44,146 bases of DNA from the NCBI GenBank assembly GCA_013115145.1, contig JAAPAO010000274.1, positions 1 to 44,146 on the forward strand, in the 5' to 3' direction. The notes under the pieces are model-generated. The model worked only from the letters and a program-made list of their open reading frames with translations. It was not told the DNA's origin and made no database searches. Every line of letters starts with the position of its first letter. The stretch's first letter is position 1. The stretch is from Perkinsus chesapeaki ATCC PRA-425. Taxonomy: Eukaryota > Protista > Perkinsozoa. Shown one piece after another: positions 13,001 to 25,556 of this stretch. Made by a program: the position numbers and the translations under genes.

Positions 13001-16000
13001 CCAAGTAAAAAACTAATATACATTTAATACAAAGATGGCTGTGAAAATATGCATTTATGATGATAAACGTGCGCATGACCCAGGCGCCCGTAACGTCAAC
13101 AACGTGTATCAATGGGTGGTGCCGTCGGCGTTCGGGATGCACCAGTGTCAGTTTGCTTCTGATCCCCATGTACCAAACTGAGGTGTATCTGCTCTTGATT
13201 GCTCTAGACGTGTTGTTAATCCCACCTCATTCTTAATAACAGGAACAAAACGATATGAATACGAAGACAGTCGGCAATGATAGCCTTTAGAAGCGATCCC
13301 GGTCCAGCACCGGTGTTGCTAGAAAATAGGCGACAGTTTTCGAAGCGGAAATCGGGTACTGAATGTATTAAAAATGATGCTTTCCTGGAATCTTCCGAAA
13401 AGCTATATTCATGAGAAGTAGGATCTCACCACAGATTCCTGCAGATTGCCGAGATAGTCTACAACTGTTCTGGTGAAGTAACGGTAACCTCGACTCTCTT
13501 CGATCTCCCAGGTATCAGAAGATGTACGGTACCTAGTGCGTCTTCATTAGCCTTGAGGGAGACAGATATTGTGTCATTTCTTGCGCTATGTCTACTGTAT
13601 ATATCGACCATCGTAGTTCAGCGTAGTCTACGACCGTTGACCAGTATAAAATAAACCTTCCAAAGAGTTATCTGTATATTGAGTTCAACAACCACTACAG
13701 GGCGAATATATTATGTAGATTCTACATATTGCATCTACATTGTAGAAGCACCAATATAAAAGCATCTGATAAGCTCCGAATCGGATCCCGGGTGGTGATA
13801 CCGACTGTTTGTCATCACAGCTACACTCTATATTGCCAGTGTTTCCGATGAGATTTCGATGCGCCTAGACAGAGTTAGCAGAGATCGTCATTTTCCTAAT
13901 CGAAGTCAACACTTCATGTCCGGGTATGATACAAATAATATTATTTATACTCATATTTACTGTATATATTATATCGACATACATATTCAAATACATGAAT
14001 AAAAGTGTATGATTGATTCTATATATCTGTATTCGATATAATAGAAGGGTGAGATATGTTATTAACAATAACTACCATTATGAATATAGGCACATAATAA
14101 TCACTATAAATATCTTTCATTATATAACAACTTCTGTATAATGAAAGATATTCATGACCGCCAATGTCAATCGACCAGCGTGTGGCTTATTAAGTCACCC
14201 GATATGCAGAAGTATCGAGCGCAAAAATCCGAGATTTAATCTCCGTCTATTTTCTCCGACGCGTTGACCGTAATTCGTCCGATAACGCCTACATGAGGAT
14301 AGAGCTCTCCCACTTCCCCACAACGTGGCCGCCAAAGATGAAGATGAGGTCTCCAGAAGGTGTCGCTTCCATCCGGTGCCGAAACCTACACGGGAGCGCA
14401 GGAGTTTAGAATCTGCAGCTGTATCTTTTTCAAGGGTGTTCCGACAGATAAAAACAATCTCTATGGTTGAACCGTGAAACTGCTTGGAGACGTTCGCGAT
14501 TCAGATACGGAATTTTCAGGCTTTTTTCCAGAAGTAGAATTGAATCAGTGAGCCCTAAACCGTGGAGGCAACCGATTCTGGAAGACTGTGAACGATGTCA
14601 GTCGCGTGTTCGACCTTCCACCGTAGGGGCAGTCTTTCATTCGAACCCAGCGGGAAGGTCTTCGCCGTTGCCACTCGCTTATCGGCATTGTAGTCGGCCA
14701 GTAGCTGAGGAGCACGCTTCAAGCTGGAAGGGAATCTTACGTTACGCTGTCGGAGCCCACGGTACTTCAATTCGCCACATATCGGCACATAAGCCATTGA
14801 GACAGTTCATCCCCATGCCGCCGAAGACGTACATGTATCTTTCAAAGACCAACTACTTTCAGCCAGTCAGTGAGACTGATCAGATTTTCGCGGGAGTTAT
14901 CTTCGCAAAGCTGGATGAAGGAGCAGGTGCGAAAGTGTCAGTTCTGGCCGACTTGGAGGAAACATTCCATGACAGAAAAAATGTCATCGAATCAGAATTT
15001 TCAGAAATTCCTCAATGAGGACGGCGGCTTTGTGACCCCCGAGAGGGTGCTTTCAGTGTTTGTATTTCCGCGACCCACTGTGATTTAGTGAGACTGGCTA
15101 TTCGGACGGTTTTGCAGCACTCCACTACTGCCATAGAACCATAATAAAATCATTGTTATCAACATCGAGCGTTCACTTCTAAGAAATGAATCACAAAAAA
15201 ACATTTTACCAGAGTTGTATTGCGCACTGCGCGTTCTAGTTAAAGATATCTACACAGGGTAATCTCACAGACAAACATTTCTACTGTATAATAATTCCCC
15301 CCAAGAACCCTTCGGCTGAGCTCCACCGTGTGACATTCATTTCACCGAGCAGTCTCACTGTCGTCTGATATTCTGTGGGTCCTTGGCAGCATCCCAAAGG
15401 ACCATGACAGCAGCATGAGCGTATCTTCCGTGGGGCACACCGACCTCTTCACCAGAGGCTTCGTCAATGGTGGACTGACAGGGACCACTTTGTAACAAGT
15501 CCATGTCAGGGAACAATCCTGCGGTAGTGGAAGGGGCAATCAGAGGAATGTTGGTATAATACATTTTCTTGAAAAAATGAAATTAATTATTAATTACAGT
15601 TTATCTTATTCTACTGAGTGAAATAATGTTCATTACTGTTATATGACTTGGGTATTATTAACAAATAAAATGACAACAATTATTCTATAATATACAAATG
15701 AAGCTATACGTAAATAAATATACTATTCCTTTATATATATTTTACTATATACTTTTACTTCTCTATTTACTATACTCATTTATACATATTTTACTATATA
15801 CTTTTACTTTACTATTTCCTTTACTTACAATATATTATATTCAATACAGCTAATCTAGATGAAATAAAGCTTCTAATATGAATACCGCTTCATGTACGAC
15901 GATAAGCAGCTTCTTATGAGCTCACCAGAGGTTTGATGAAGTCCCATTGGTTCTCCTGGAAGTCGTATCGCCACAGCTCCTCGCTTTGGTATCTTAAAGC

Positions 16001-18965
16001 CAGTGCATAGATAGCCATGGTTTCATTTTCTGTCATCCTTGATCACAGAGCTGAGGGCTTTCCGGCAAACTTGGAGACAGATCCTCGAGATGCCCTAGAT
16101 GGTATTGCAATCCGCCCCGGCCACTACGGTGGAAGCTTGGCCATGAAACTGCTGCTCATATGGAGGCTTCAAACCTTTATTAGTAACTTACTAATGTATT
16201 GTCTTTTTATTATAAAGTAATATTCAAAGAGTTTATTGACCCGGATAGAAGTGAAAACCCAAAACCCAAAACCACGACTACCAATTCTCACTCTACAAAG
16301 ATAGCAGACACATCTGTATTCGTTCGTTTCAGACAGGTTTAGCTACATTCCCGCAGCGGGGGAGTTCCGCTATCCCGATGACCATTAGTATTAATTGACT
16401 TACTCCAAACAACCTCGGAACTCTTCATCTATGTTAGGTTCTCCCATAAGGATTTGTTCACAATGGTTATACAACACTTTTCCTTTGTATTCTCGGCTCT
16501 CAAACGTTCGCCCACCGAAGACCAACATATATCTATAAAAGGCTGAGCCCTCACGTAATAGCGTTACTCGATCGTCATGTTAATCGGACTGCCGTCGAAC
16601 TTCCCTCTTACAGGCGATCAAACGGGACCTTCTTGCCGTGCTCATCATGCGTTCTCAAGCACATCCGGCGCTGAGGAAAATGAAAATGTTTCCCGCATAC
16701 AGTGCTCCAAATTAATTTAGATATATAACCTCAAAATGTCGATAGTTAAACCATGAAATCAGATTATGTCATACTTAGCTATACTGCATTCAGTGAGAAC
16801 TCGCTCCAGTTGTCGACATTTTAAGGTTATATTTCAAATTAATCTGGAGCACTGTACTCGGCAACGAAAAGCCTAAAATTTCATAAACAATTTTACATTT
16901 ATTTTCGTCGGAGAGTGGACATCCAATTGAGCTACAAATTCGGGAAGTTCCAGACATGGCCGAACGAGTCGACAGAATTCCGATAGCCCTTGAGTAAGCA
17001 GCGTTGAGTTTCTTGCCAATCTTGCTCCATCTTGCATTTTCCCAATACTTACATCTCCACAGCAGTTCGGAGGGCATTCAATGCTGTGTTGATCATACAT
17101 CGGGAAGCTCTCACCATCATCTGCCTCGAAATGTGAAGTGCCCCAAAACTCCGGCTGTGCTATCTCAAAGTATCTTAGACAGAATTCGTGTCACGGAAAT
17201 GAAGGCTCATCGCAGAATCCGTTGCGCATATGTTTCCGCCTTCATTTGCCGTAAGTTTTCTCGCCAGGCCGATGCAGTCATCGTAGATGTTGTGAAAAAC
17301 AAACGAAACTTTGTCGAATTTTCCCAAATTTTTCTTACTAACACACGCCTATATTTCAATGCACCGCAGAGAGGATTGCTCGGGCGGAGGAGGATTTTCA
17401 ATTTTTATGGTTAACTTCTTTCCGATGAAAAAAATTGCCGAACGATGCCACGTTTTTCGGCATCGCTAATTCGCAGGATACATATCGTGAAGAAGTGGCA
17501 GTGATGCAAAAGTAGCTTGAAGTGGGTTTTCTTTGCCGACCTCGAGTTGGTCCAGGTATCTATCATATCCTCCGGAGCCAGACACGAGGTGTCCTCTATA
17601 CACTCCGGGCCGCAGGTTCGAACCCCAGCCCCGGCAGCTGACTTGCATAGTGTTGCATGGCCCTTCACGTCTCGTTCGAAATTCCAGGACCTGTCATTGA
17701 TGATTGAACCATGGATATCTTCGATTGTGTGCCCTGTCCCCCATTTTAACCTCCTGCAACCACTTCTATGATTTATTATCCATCTAAACCACCCAAGATG
17801 GACCGTATCAACGATTAACGATTGAACGTTGATACTGTCCATCGTAATTTAACGACTGAACTTTAATCAATTATTCACTAAGAACTTTTAAACCAATAAT
17901 ATTGTTTAATCAACAACTTGTACACATGAATGATAACGATTCCCGTTCCTCTCTTGCCAGAGAGAAACAAGAAGAAGCAATTCTGAGTGGATTTGAAGTA
18001 GTCGGGAAATAGAAATCCTCCCACTTCGGGGCGCGCGATCCTGTGTTGCAATAATAGAGCAGCTCACGAAGTCAACGGTGAGGTGCTTCGTCCTGTGCAG
18101 TATAACAACTCAAAAGAGCACAGCCACAACGGATAGACGAAGAGGATTGATTGAAAGAGAAGTGTGGTCTCTGAGACGCTTACCAAGATAAGGGGACAGC
18201 AATTGTGTACAAAGAAGACAATGCACTTCTCGTGACAAACCTACCGATAAAGAACGGCGGAGTGGGCGTATCTAGGACTAGGTGCCATGTTGATCCTGTC
18301 GCACGCTATGGAACCGACGCATTCAGGGGTGTGCTTTCGCCAAGCTTTTTGGGGGAAGCTGAAACCAATCAGGTAGAGCTTCAAAGATCATCAAACACAC
18401 ACCTCCTTAGTTCCCAGGGGTCCTCGGAAGCCGGCTCTGTCGTGAGCCAGGTTACTCTGAGCAACAACGAACAATCGAGGCCCAGAAATAACAACACCCA
18501 GTAGGTCTAATGCAGGCAGACAGAATAAGGGGGCTCGTTTTGTGCGCAACGTCCTCGGAAGCTTTCAGAGACTGGTTTAAAACAGCGCTGTTGAAGAACG
18601 CGACGGGCTTCATAGGGGAACATCAGATGCGCGGCCCAGGAGGAATGTATGTGATGCATCCTTCAGGATAGTTTCGATTGTATATCCGCATTTACATCCC
18701 CTAGGGACCAGACGAGCTACCGGACTTGACCTACCGCAATCACACGCTCACCTGGGCCATTCGTTTGCGACTGGCGGCGTAGTGATGTTGAAAGTGTGTT
18801 GAGCATCAGATGCTCTCAATGCGAAATACAGCGGCCATCTCGTTATATGATACTCCACAGCGTAGCGTCTGAACTTCTCAGCTGAGCTACCATTCGTGGA
18901 GCACGGTCTTACGTTAGATTTGAATGACTGTAAAGGGTGTGCGTGAACTCGAAGCATCCTTTGAC
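7013..18965 (-). CDS. Multi-exon Kelch-repeat + EGF-like (tenascin/teneurin-type) surface protein with a probable GPI-anchor signal
   Basis: Largely phase-consistent exon chain. Kelch motifs: APSPRYAHSAVLY (18245-18358), LYMLVFGGR (16404-16532), EELWRYDFQENQW (15926-15992), PHGRYAHAAV..YMYVFGGM, GRFRH..IFIFGGH, VVGGF, LLAGGH..GDMW, PPPVTYHS..IILFGGL. Four EGF units: CPNNC..HGTC|ELSRCICKSGWYGDDCS (8332-8440), CSQRGTC..CACDDGWSDRDCS, CKNNC..QCHCLDRYAGHFCE, CLSNCSTHGDCIDGKCQCHE. Last exon 7013-7124 ends SYFGDDCSILIPRACGFQATPLRPVLLLAISLYAVA*. Confidence 0.88.
11431..11732. repeat. Cluster of perfect inverted repeats inside a Kelch-gene intron
   Basis: 15-bp stem 11431-11445/11449-11463. 15-bp stem 11600-11614/11640-11654 enclosing tttgcgt-a-acgcaaa. 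11-bp stem atgggtaatcg-t-cgattacccat at 11696-11718. Confidence 0.9.
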
Positions 18966-19352
18966 CTGAAAAGCCACGACCGCCTTCCAACCTCGAATGG
19001 GGAAAGATTCCTCAAAGGTTGAAGCGCGATCCTACTGCAGAGGTAAGACAGAACGCTCGAATAGTCTAGACGATGGTAACGGCTAACCATTGACGCCCCT
19101 ACTGGGCACACTAGGAGGGTTCTCCTGTCACATTAGCTGTTCTCTAAAATGTAATCAAGTTTCAGGGCCACGACAACACCAGATGGAGCAACTACCGGGA
19201 ATGAGCAAGTGCAATACCTCGGAGCAGCAGGGGTAGAAATGCATCGAGTCATTCTCTGGAAATGAATTACTGGTGAAAACGTATCCATTCACGACTGTTG
19301 GAATGTCACTGGAGGAGTAAAAGTCAGAAGCCCCGAAACCCGATTAAGTGGG

Positions 19353-22300
19353 CAGATATGCAGCTTACCTGATAGACAACAGTGTCACATACAGGTATTG
19401 TTATATTAGGTCCAATATCAGTAAACCATTCCATTGCTTTATATAATACTGGTGGCTCAACTTCGGCGGCTTGGTACTGACCGAGATACAGCAGGTCAGC
19501 ATCATACCGTATCCTCCGATAAGGCCCAACCGATTCACAACTACTCTGCTGGGGAGCTTCGTCGCAGTCTGTGTGTATCCGTTTTACTATTGGAGAAGAG
19601 CAAAAGTGTTGGTAATTGATTCGCAGATCCGCCAGGTAAATGCCCTCTTCATGGCCTCCCTTCCCCTCCTGTTAAGTGCACACCTTCGATGATCGAATGT
19701 GTGCAATCAACAGGAGGGAAAAAGATCGAATTTCGATCAGTGCTGGAATATCTACAAGCTGACAGCATGTGAAAAACGAACGGGAGTTTCGGCTTCGAAG
19801 GTCTCGGAAGTAGTTCACGTTGCTTCTCGTAGGGAATAAACGAAAAAGCTACTTTGAACCCTCCAGGACAGCGTTCCGTGTCAAAGCAGCAGAGTCCACA
19901 ACTCCCGCACTAGCTCTAGATTTGAACGGCGCATCGCCCGAACAACAACCGGTCTCAAGATACCGCTTACATTGGGGAAAGTGAGTGTCTCATTCCTATG
20001 TTCACGCCACCGCTCATGCAGCAGCACCAGACTTCTATAGTACTCCCGGCCCACCACCCACCACAGCAACGGCACCGCCGGGCTGCTTCGTACGAATCTG
20101 GACACCAATTGTCCTGTCCGAGATTTGACTTGGAGAGATGCATCAGATGCTCCAAGAGGAAATGCTGTTGATGATCATTCATTTAATTTCTTAATGGTGC
20201 GGCCGTTTTTGCATTTGGTGTATGTGAGTGTTTCCTATCGAATCTTCTACTGTATCTCCTCCGCAGTTGGAATGCACTTTTGTGAGCCCACGGAGATCTT
20301 ATCAGGTGACTTTTTCACATCGCCGAAGTTGACAGGCCGACAAATCCAACTTACGTATTGTCAGCATCTCGAACCCCAGTTATGAAGCTTGCTGGTAGTA
20401 TCTAGATCGGAATCTTAGGTTCATCCATGCACCAAGAGACTCACGTGTCCGTCGAAGATAACGCTCGTGTTTACTCTTGATACGCAGATATCAATTGAGT
20501 CGGCGATCGTTCTGAAGTGACACATCGGAGTCGATCTATCCCTACGCTTATCGAAATCGCCTTGTATCAAATATAACGATGAAACGGCTGATGAACGGTA
20601 TCTTGCCAAGTTGGCTAGGCCGTCGTTAAGCTTTCTAGTTGGGACCACTGCGAAGACGAGTATACCGTCCAATTTGCCGTCCCAAATCCCTCCACTGTAA
20701 GTGTTGAGCTTCTACACACATTATCGCAACTGTGACCGGTCTGACACCCCCGTAAAACGTTCGCCCGACATGACAACTAAATACTTGCATATTATACGCA
20801 TATATTAAATACATGCACGGGATATGTCGTTTGGACAATTCGAAAAGTTCCTCGTCATTTTCGGGACAAGAATCAAGTTACGGATCGAGTTGGATCACCT
20901 CTCTTGAGGAGTAGTGCCCTTGCTTACCTCATCTGCGCGCCATTAAACCACTCAGGCAACCATAACGGGTGTGGCTCAACCGGCCCTGGAGGTTCCGTTG
21001 GTGCCGCCGCTGGCAAGGGAATCCCGAACGCTCGGCCGGTTCGTTCTCACTTGTCACAGCTGGTGGGAGAGTTGTGCCCTGCCACGTTGCATTTGAGCCT
21101 ATCGTTGGATTTGTCATGTTTCCCGTGACATTAACATCCGCCGTGTCATTAAAGTTAGTCCCGTTTATCGTTGGTGCTGTGATATTGCCAAGTGATGACG
21201 GGGATATGGTCGTGACAGTGTTCCACGTTGTACTATTTATCTCTAGGGTTGAGTTACTTGTCGAGTTGGAATCGTTTACGACAGTTGTTGAGTTCCCTGA
21301 GCCGATATCATCCATACACTGCAGAAATTGCGGCATATTTTTTCCCGAATTCCCTATATCCGCGTTTTCTTCTGAATTTTCACTGACAGCTCCCTATTCA
21401 ATTTCGCAATGTTGTTTTTTGCCCGTTTGCTCTTCAACTCCGTACTGATATCTGACCAGTTTTCACAGGTTTTCCAGGAGCCTTCACTGAATTTCTCGAC
21501 CATTTCGTAAACACTCTTTCCAATCCGATCACGAGCAGTCTGACTTACCCACTGCGGTGACGTTATCATCTGTCAAATTGGGACCAGCACCGCTCTGCGG
21601 AGTCGAGACCACCGGAACTGAAGGATCAAATGGTGAACGAGTTGCAAGCGGCAGAGCACGGACCTCCATCGGGAAAGCGCTGGAAGAACCTGAAACCAGA
21701 AAGATACTTTTTAGCTCGAGTAAAGACTCACTCCTCGCAAGAAGCATCCAATAGTAAATCCGTTACTCCTTCAAACGCGAGCATCTCCAGAGCATCTTCA
21801 ATCGGACCTGTATGCTCCGAAATTTTCCGTATGCCGGTCGAGTTCTAAGATATTCCAAACGCCACACCTCCTCGGTCGAGGCTGACAGCCAGTCGACTCG
21901 TGACCTCCTTTTTCATTTTTTCCCAGTCCTCAGTGTCCACGTCATACCTGATTGAATATCTTTTTCTCAGCAATTCGCCGACCCCCGAGATTTGGCGTAC
22001 GGTGGCGACGCGCTACGAACGCCGGAAGTAGCTTCTACTGTGGAGATACGAATTTGCCAAAAAATTCTCTTCGAATGGAAACCGTATAACGCGTTATCTC
22101 TGGTATGCTACATAACAACTCGACCGGGTAAACCATAGCGGATGGCAGAAGGGTAAGGAAAGAGGTGTGGCTCTAGGACGGTTACTAATATGAGGGGGAC
22201 AGCAATTGTGTGCTAAGGGGGACAGCAATTGTGTGCTAAGGGGGACAGCAATTGTGTGCTAAGGGGACAGTACACGTATGACCAACATGAAGTCGAGGAG

Positions 22301-23046
22301 AACTTCCTCGAGATCTCTGACTAGACTTTGTCTTTTCTACGCACTCGGATCCATTCGCACTCGAGAATTGAGAATATCCACTTTATCCCACAATCAACTC
22401 ACACTGCTGATATCTCGGCTACCGGATCTCCAATTGGCATGACCACCGTCGGCGGATTGAGAATTCGAGCTTCCAAGTGTGCTGTAAGATTCTTCTCTTC
22501 GTCGAACTGCGGTACGGGATCTGACCAGGGACTCATCTTGCCTCACAGACAAGTGGCCCTAATGCGGAGATACTATAGCAACTTTGATAGGAAATATGTT
22601 CGCCGAGCGAACGGGAACATCAAATGCTTTCCTTGTGGGAACATCCTTATGCTCCTCTATGACGACCTAAATCGGATCTACCTACATATCGGATATAGTA
22701 GTAGATCCGACCATCCCGAACGAGCTGCGCCACACCGATTGCTCAGATATCTTTTTACAGTGATATGAGCACCAAGAAATATCTTCACCAGATTAACGTA
22801 TCAAGTACGCTTCTTTCGGTTACTAGTATAAAGGTTTCCCGAAATTCCACGTCATCCATCCCGCCAGCACTTTAATCTACAATGAGTTGGCATATTGCAT
22901 TCTGTTTTCACCCTTTCACCAACAAGGATGCTCAAACCGTGCTATGAGGCATCTCCCGATAAATGCACCCAGAGTCGAGACTCACACAATTGTCCAGCTA
23001 CCAGTCCGACAATCACACAGCCACCGTAACGTGCATATCGAAACAT
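19353..23046 (-). CDS. Probable 5' part of the Kelch/EGF gene (or a separate secreted glycoprotein): signal peptide plus Asn/Ser/Thr-rich mucin-like exon
   Basis: ATG at 23046 gives MFRYARYGGCVIVGLVAGQL, which is signal-peptide-like. Open exons bounded by AG/GT sites include YDVDTEDWEKMKKEV, GPIEDALEMLAFEG, the 21051-21318 N/S/T-rich exon, PTEPPGPVEPHPLWLPEWF and DCDEAPQQSSCESVGPYRRIRYDADLLYLGQYQ..TVVYQ. No signal peptide was found closer to the Kelch exons. Some junction phases are unresolved. Confidence 0.55.
22194..22270. repeat. Minisatellite, 3.3 x 23 bp (gggggacagcaattgtgtgctaa)
   Basis: Exact copies start at 22194, 22217 and 22240, with a partial at 22263. A lone near-copy (taaggggacagcaattgtgt) lies at 18189-18208. 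Confidence 0.95.
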
Positions 23047-23250
23047 CTTCCTCGGAAGTTCACAACTACCTTGAGATTGATACTTCTAAACTAGGACACA
23101 TTTGTTTATATCAGACAATATTAATATGTCACTTGCCAGGCCAGTATGCCATCTGTTGCAAGCGGGTCGTTTTGACCAGGTAAATGACTGTCTTAGTGAA
23201 TCAGCCTCACGGAATAATAATGTCAATAAAAATCAATGTTTCAAGGCCAT

Positions 23251-24834
23251 TTAGGCCATTGATGCCTCACTAGTGCCCTTCATCTCAATCTGCTTGCGGT
23301 CGTAATCGGCTAGAGCTGCTTGTACTGCCTGAGACATTGAAAACTCCATAACGTTCGATGTTCAAGTGGTAAATTATAAGACATTTGTATTATCAATAAT
23401 AATTAATTAATGTGACATGCTGCATTAAAGCCCTATTTATGAAAAGACCCGCTAATTCGAGATATCTTTCAGTTGCCGCTGAAGCAACTCGTTCGGGTAT
23501 TACAGATAATTCAACATTAATTTTCTACCGAAAATTTCCGTCAAAACATTCCAGAATATTTGCTACAACTAGAAATACCACTTTCATGAAAGATAATCGG
23601 AGGTCCCCATGTAAAGATATTGCAGTGATGGATCATCGCAATTACCGAGTACACTATCCCGGACTTGGACGACATGTATACAGTTGAACCCAATGAAGCG
23701 GGTTTGCCTCCCCCTTCCAAACAAAGTTGCGAAACTCTTAGAATTTCGCGAAAGCGCTGAAAATGCAGACTGCTAAATCTTGTATTAAAGACATTGACTT
23801 TCTATATCAATCCAAAGTACGTTGTATCACCAGTGGTGATTCACCACAATAGGCGTCACACGAAGGACGCTTTGGCATTGGCAGCTATCATTCTATTCTA
23901 TCACAAAGACACAGCCAACGAGCGCATCACAGACAAGGGTTTTACGCCTAAAGATTAATGCCGCCGGCGTATAACTGAGACTATCCATCATATACGACAA
24001 CAACTCTATACATAATTATCTGATATATAATTATATCTTACCTCTTCAACGAGTAGAGAGCAATGTATCTTCACAGGTGGTAACTTGAGATAACCCGAGA
24101 TGTCGGTGTTCTTCAATTCGGATGCCTCTTTTTGAGTCTTCCCTAAAAACAGAAACACTTAACGCCTAGCAGCAAATGATGAAGCCACTAAGCAGATATG
24201 CTACCAATAAAATTCTGCACTCAATCATCTCGCAGACTGCTGCTGCAGTTGTACGATAAAGACAAAGGGTCCCTCTGGAAATAGCTTGCAAATTAGATTT
24301 ATCCGCAAGAACAGCAACCCATGCATCGTAAGTGGAATTCGATCTTCGCCAGCGGCATCAGCTTACCCTTGATGATCTCAGTGGCCAGACTGCTGCTCGC
24401 AATTGCCGAACCGCAGCCAAATGTCTTGAACTTGGCGTCCTTCACAACACCGTCTTCGATCTTAACTTGTAACTGGACGACGTCACCACACGAAGCTTTA
24501 CCTAACAAAACCGGACACACTAACTGAAATACCTCCTTTACCGAGGAAGAATTTTCATTGACAATCGAGAACCATGGACTTTCGTAAATGCGACGCATCC
24601 ACGTGAAGTGCTCATGAACAGATATTTACATTTTATCTCAATATGATTATCTAATCGAGCCACAGAGCGTCTAGCACACGAAATCCATAATGTCTAGATC
24701 TCACCAACAACAGCAGTGCCGACGTTCGGGTCCTTCTTGTCGAGCTTGCCAGCATTGCGGGGATTCTTAAAGTGGTCTAAGACGTTATCGTGATACAATC
24801 TGAGATGGCGAAGAAGATTATTTATCCTGTACAT
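23251..24834 (-). CDS. ISCU: Mitochondrial Fe-S cluster scaffold IscU/NifU-N, 147 aa; exons 24834-24705, 24501-24367, 24142-24042, 23328-23251
   Basis: YHDNVLDHFKNPRNAG..VGTAVVG|KASCGDVVQLQ..AKFKTFGCGSAIASSS..|..LPPVKIHCSLLVEE|AVQAALADY. All three ligand Cys are present, introns are GT-AG and phases are consistent. Confidence 0.97.
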
Positions 24835-25060
24835 CAAGACGGCTCACCTCGCCTGAGCCCTACAGAAGTATACAGGGCTCACTCGAACCACAGTGCTGGT
24901 CGGAAGGAAGGAACGAAGCATTTCAAAGGAGCAGCGACAACGATATATGTTTTTGGTAACCCAATCTTGCCACGTAAAAAGCGCGCGCCATTCTAATCGA
25001 TATCTTTCAGAGCATCTTAAGGTTACATACACATTGTTAATATGTCATCAATACAAACAG

Positions 25061-25173
25061 CTAGTTCAAGAAGACGTCCTCGTCGTCGTGGTGGTGTACC
25101 TACTGAAGATAACTTGGAGGAGATGGATGATCCTGAGGAAGAGAGAGCAATGGAAAGAGGACATTCCAGGATG
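25061..25173 (+). CDS. Possible exon of an unresolved gene divergent from IscU
   Basis: AACAG|...SSRRRPRRRGGVPTEDNLEEMDDPEEERAMERGHSRM|GTGATG. Other exons not confidently found. Confidence 0.3.
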
Positions 25174-25272
25174 GTGATGTGGTGACTTAATGGGACGAGT
25201 GTCGAAGCGCTAAACTCTCTGCTAAAGTGTTTGCTGATTTGATGTCGTGAGATTCCTTTTAATGTATATATC

Positions 25273-25556
25273 ACGTGCATAGAACTATAGGATTCCTTTC
25301 AATGCACCTTCTGTGTACATAGAATTATAGGATTCCTTTCAATGCACCTTCTGTGTACATAGAACTATAGGATTCCTTTCAATGCACCTTCTATGTACAT
25401 AGAACTACAGGATTCCTTTCAATGCACCTTCTATTATAGGATTCCTTTTAGTGCACCCTCTATGTACATAGGACTATAGGATTCGTTATTGCACCTTCTA
25501 TTATAGGATTCCTTTTATTGCACCTTCTATGTACATAGGACTATAGGATTCGTTTC
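25273..25556. repeat. Minisatellite: 4 x 40 bp followed by about 2 x 67-bp (29+38) higher-order units
   Basis: Consensus rtgtacatagaactataggattcctttcaatgcaccttct at 25273, 25313, 25353 and 25393. Then 29-bp (25433, 25500) and 38-bp (25462, partial 25529) variants alternate. Confidence 0.95.

Noticed and set aside
14467-15018. 183-aa + strand ORF
   Set aside because: Antisense shadow of Kelch exons (YMYVFGGM, SRWVRMKDCPYGGR), with a non-ATG start.
13620-15880. AT-rich low-complexity stretches (13620-14150, 15560-15880) as foreign DNA
   Set aside because: They sit between well-supported exons and look like ordinary AT-rich intron sequence with short local duplications.
17605-17640. tRNA T-loop-like GGTTCGAACCC
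   Set aside because: No cloverleaf, and it lies within a minus-strand coding exon (GAGVRTCGPEC).
17926-20385. Separate + strand spliced gene
   Set aside because: The minus strand gives a phase-consistent exon chain including a Kelch motif (APSPRYAHS), so the + strand splice-like sites are probably chance.
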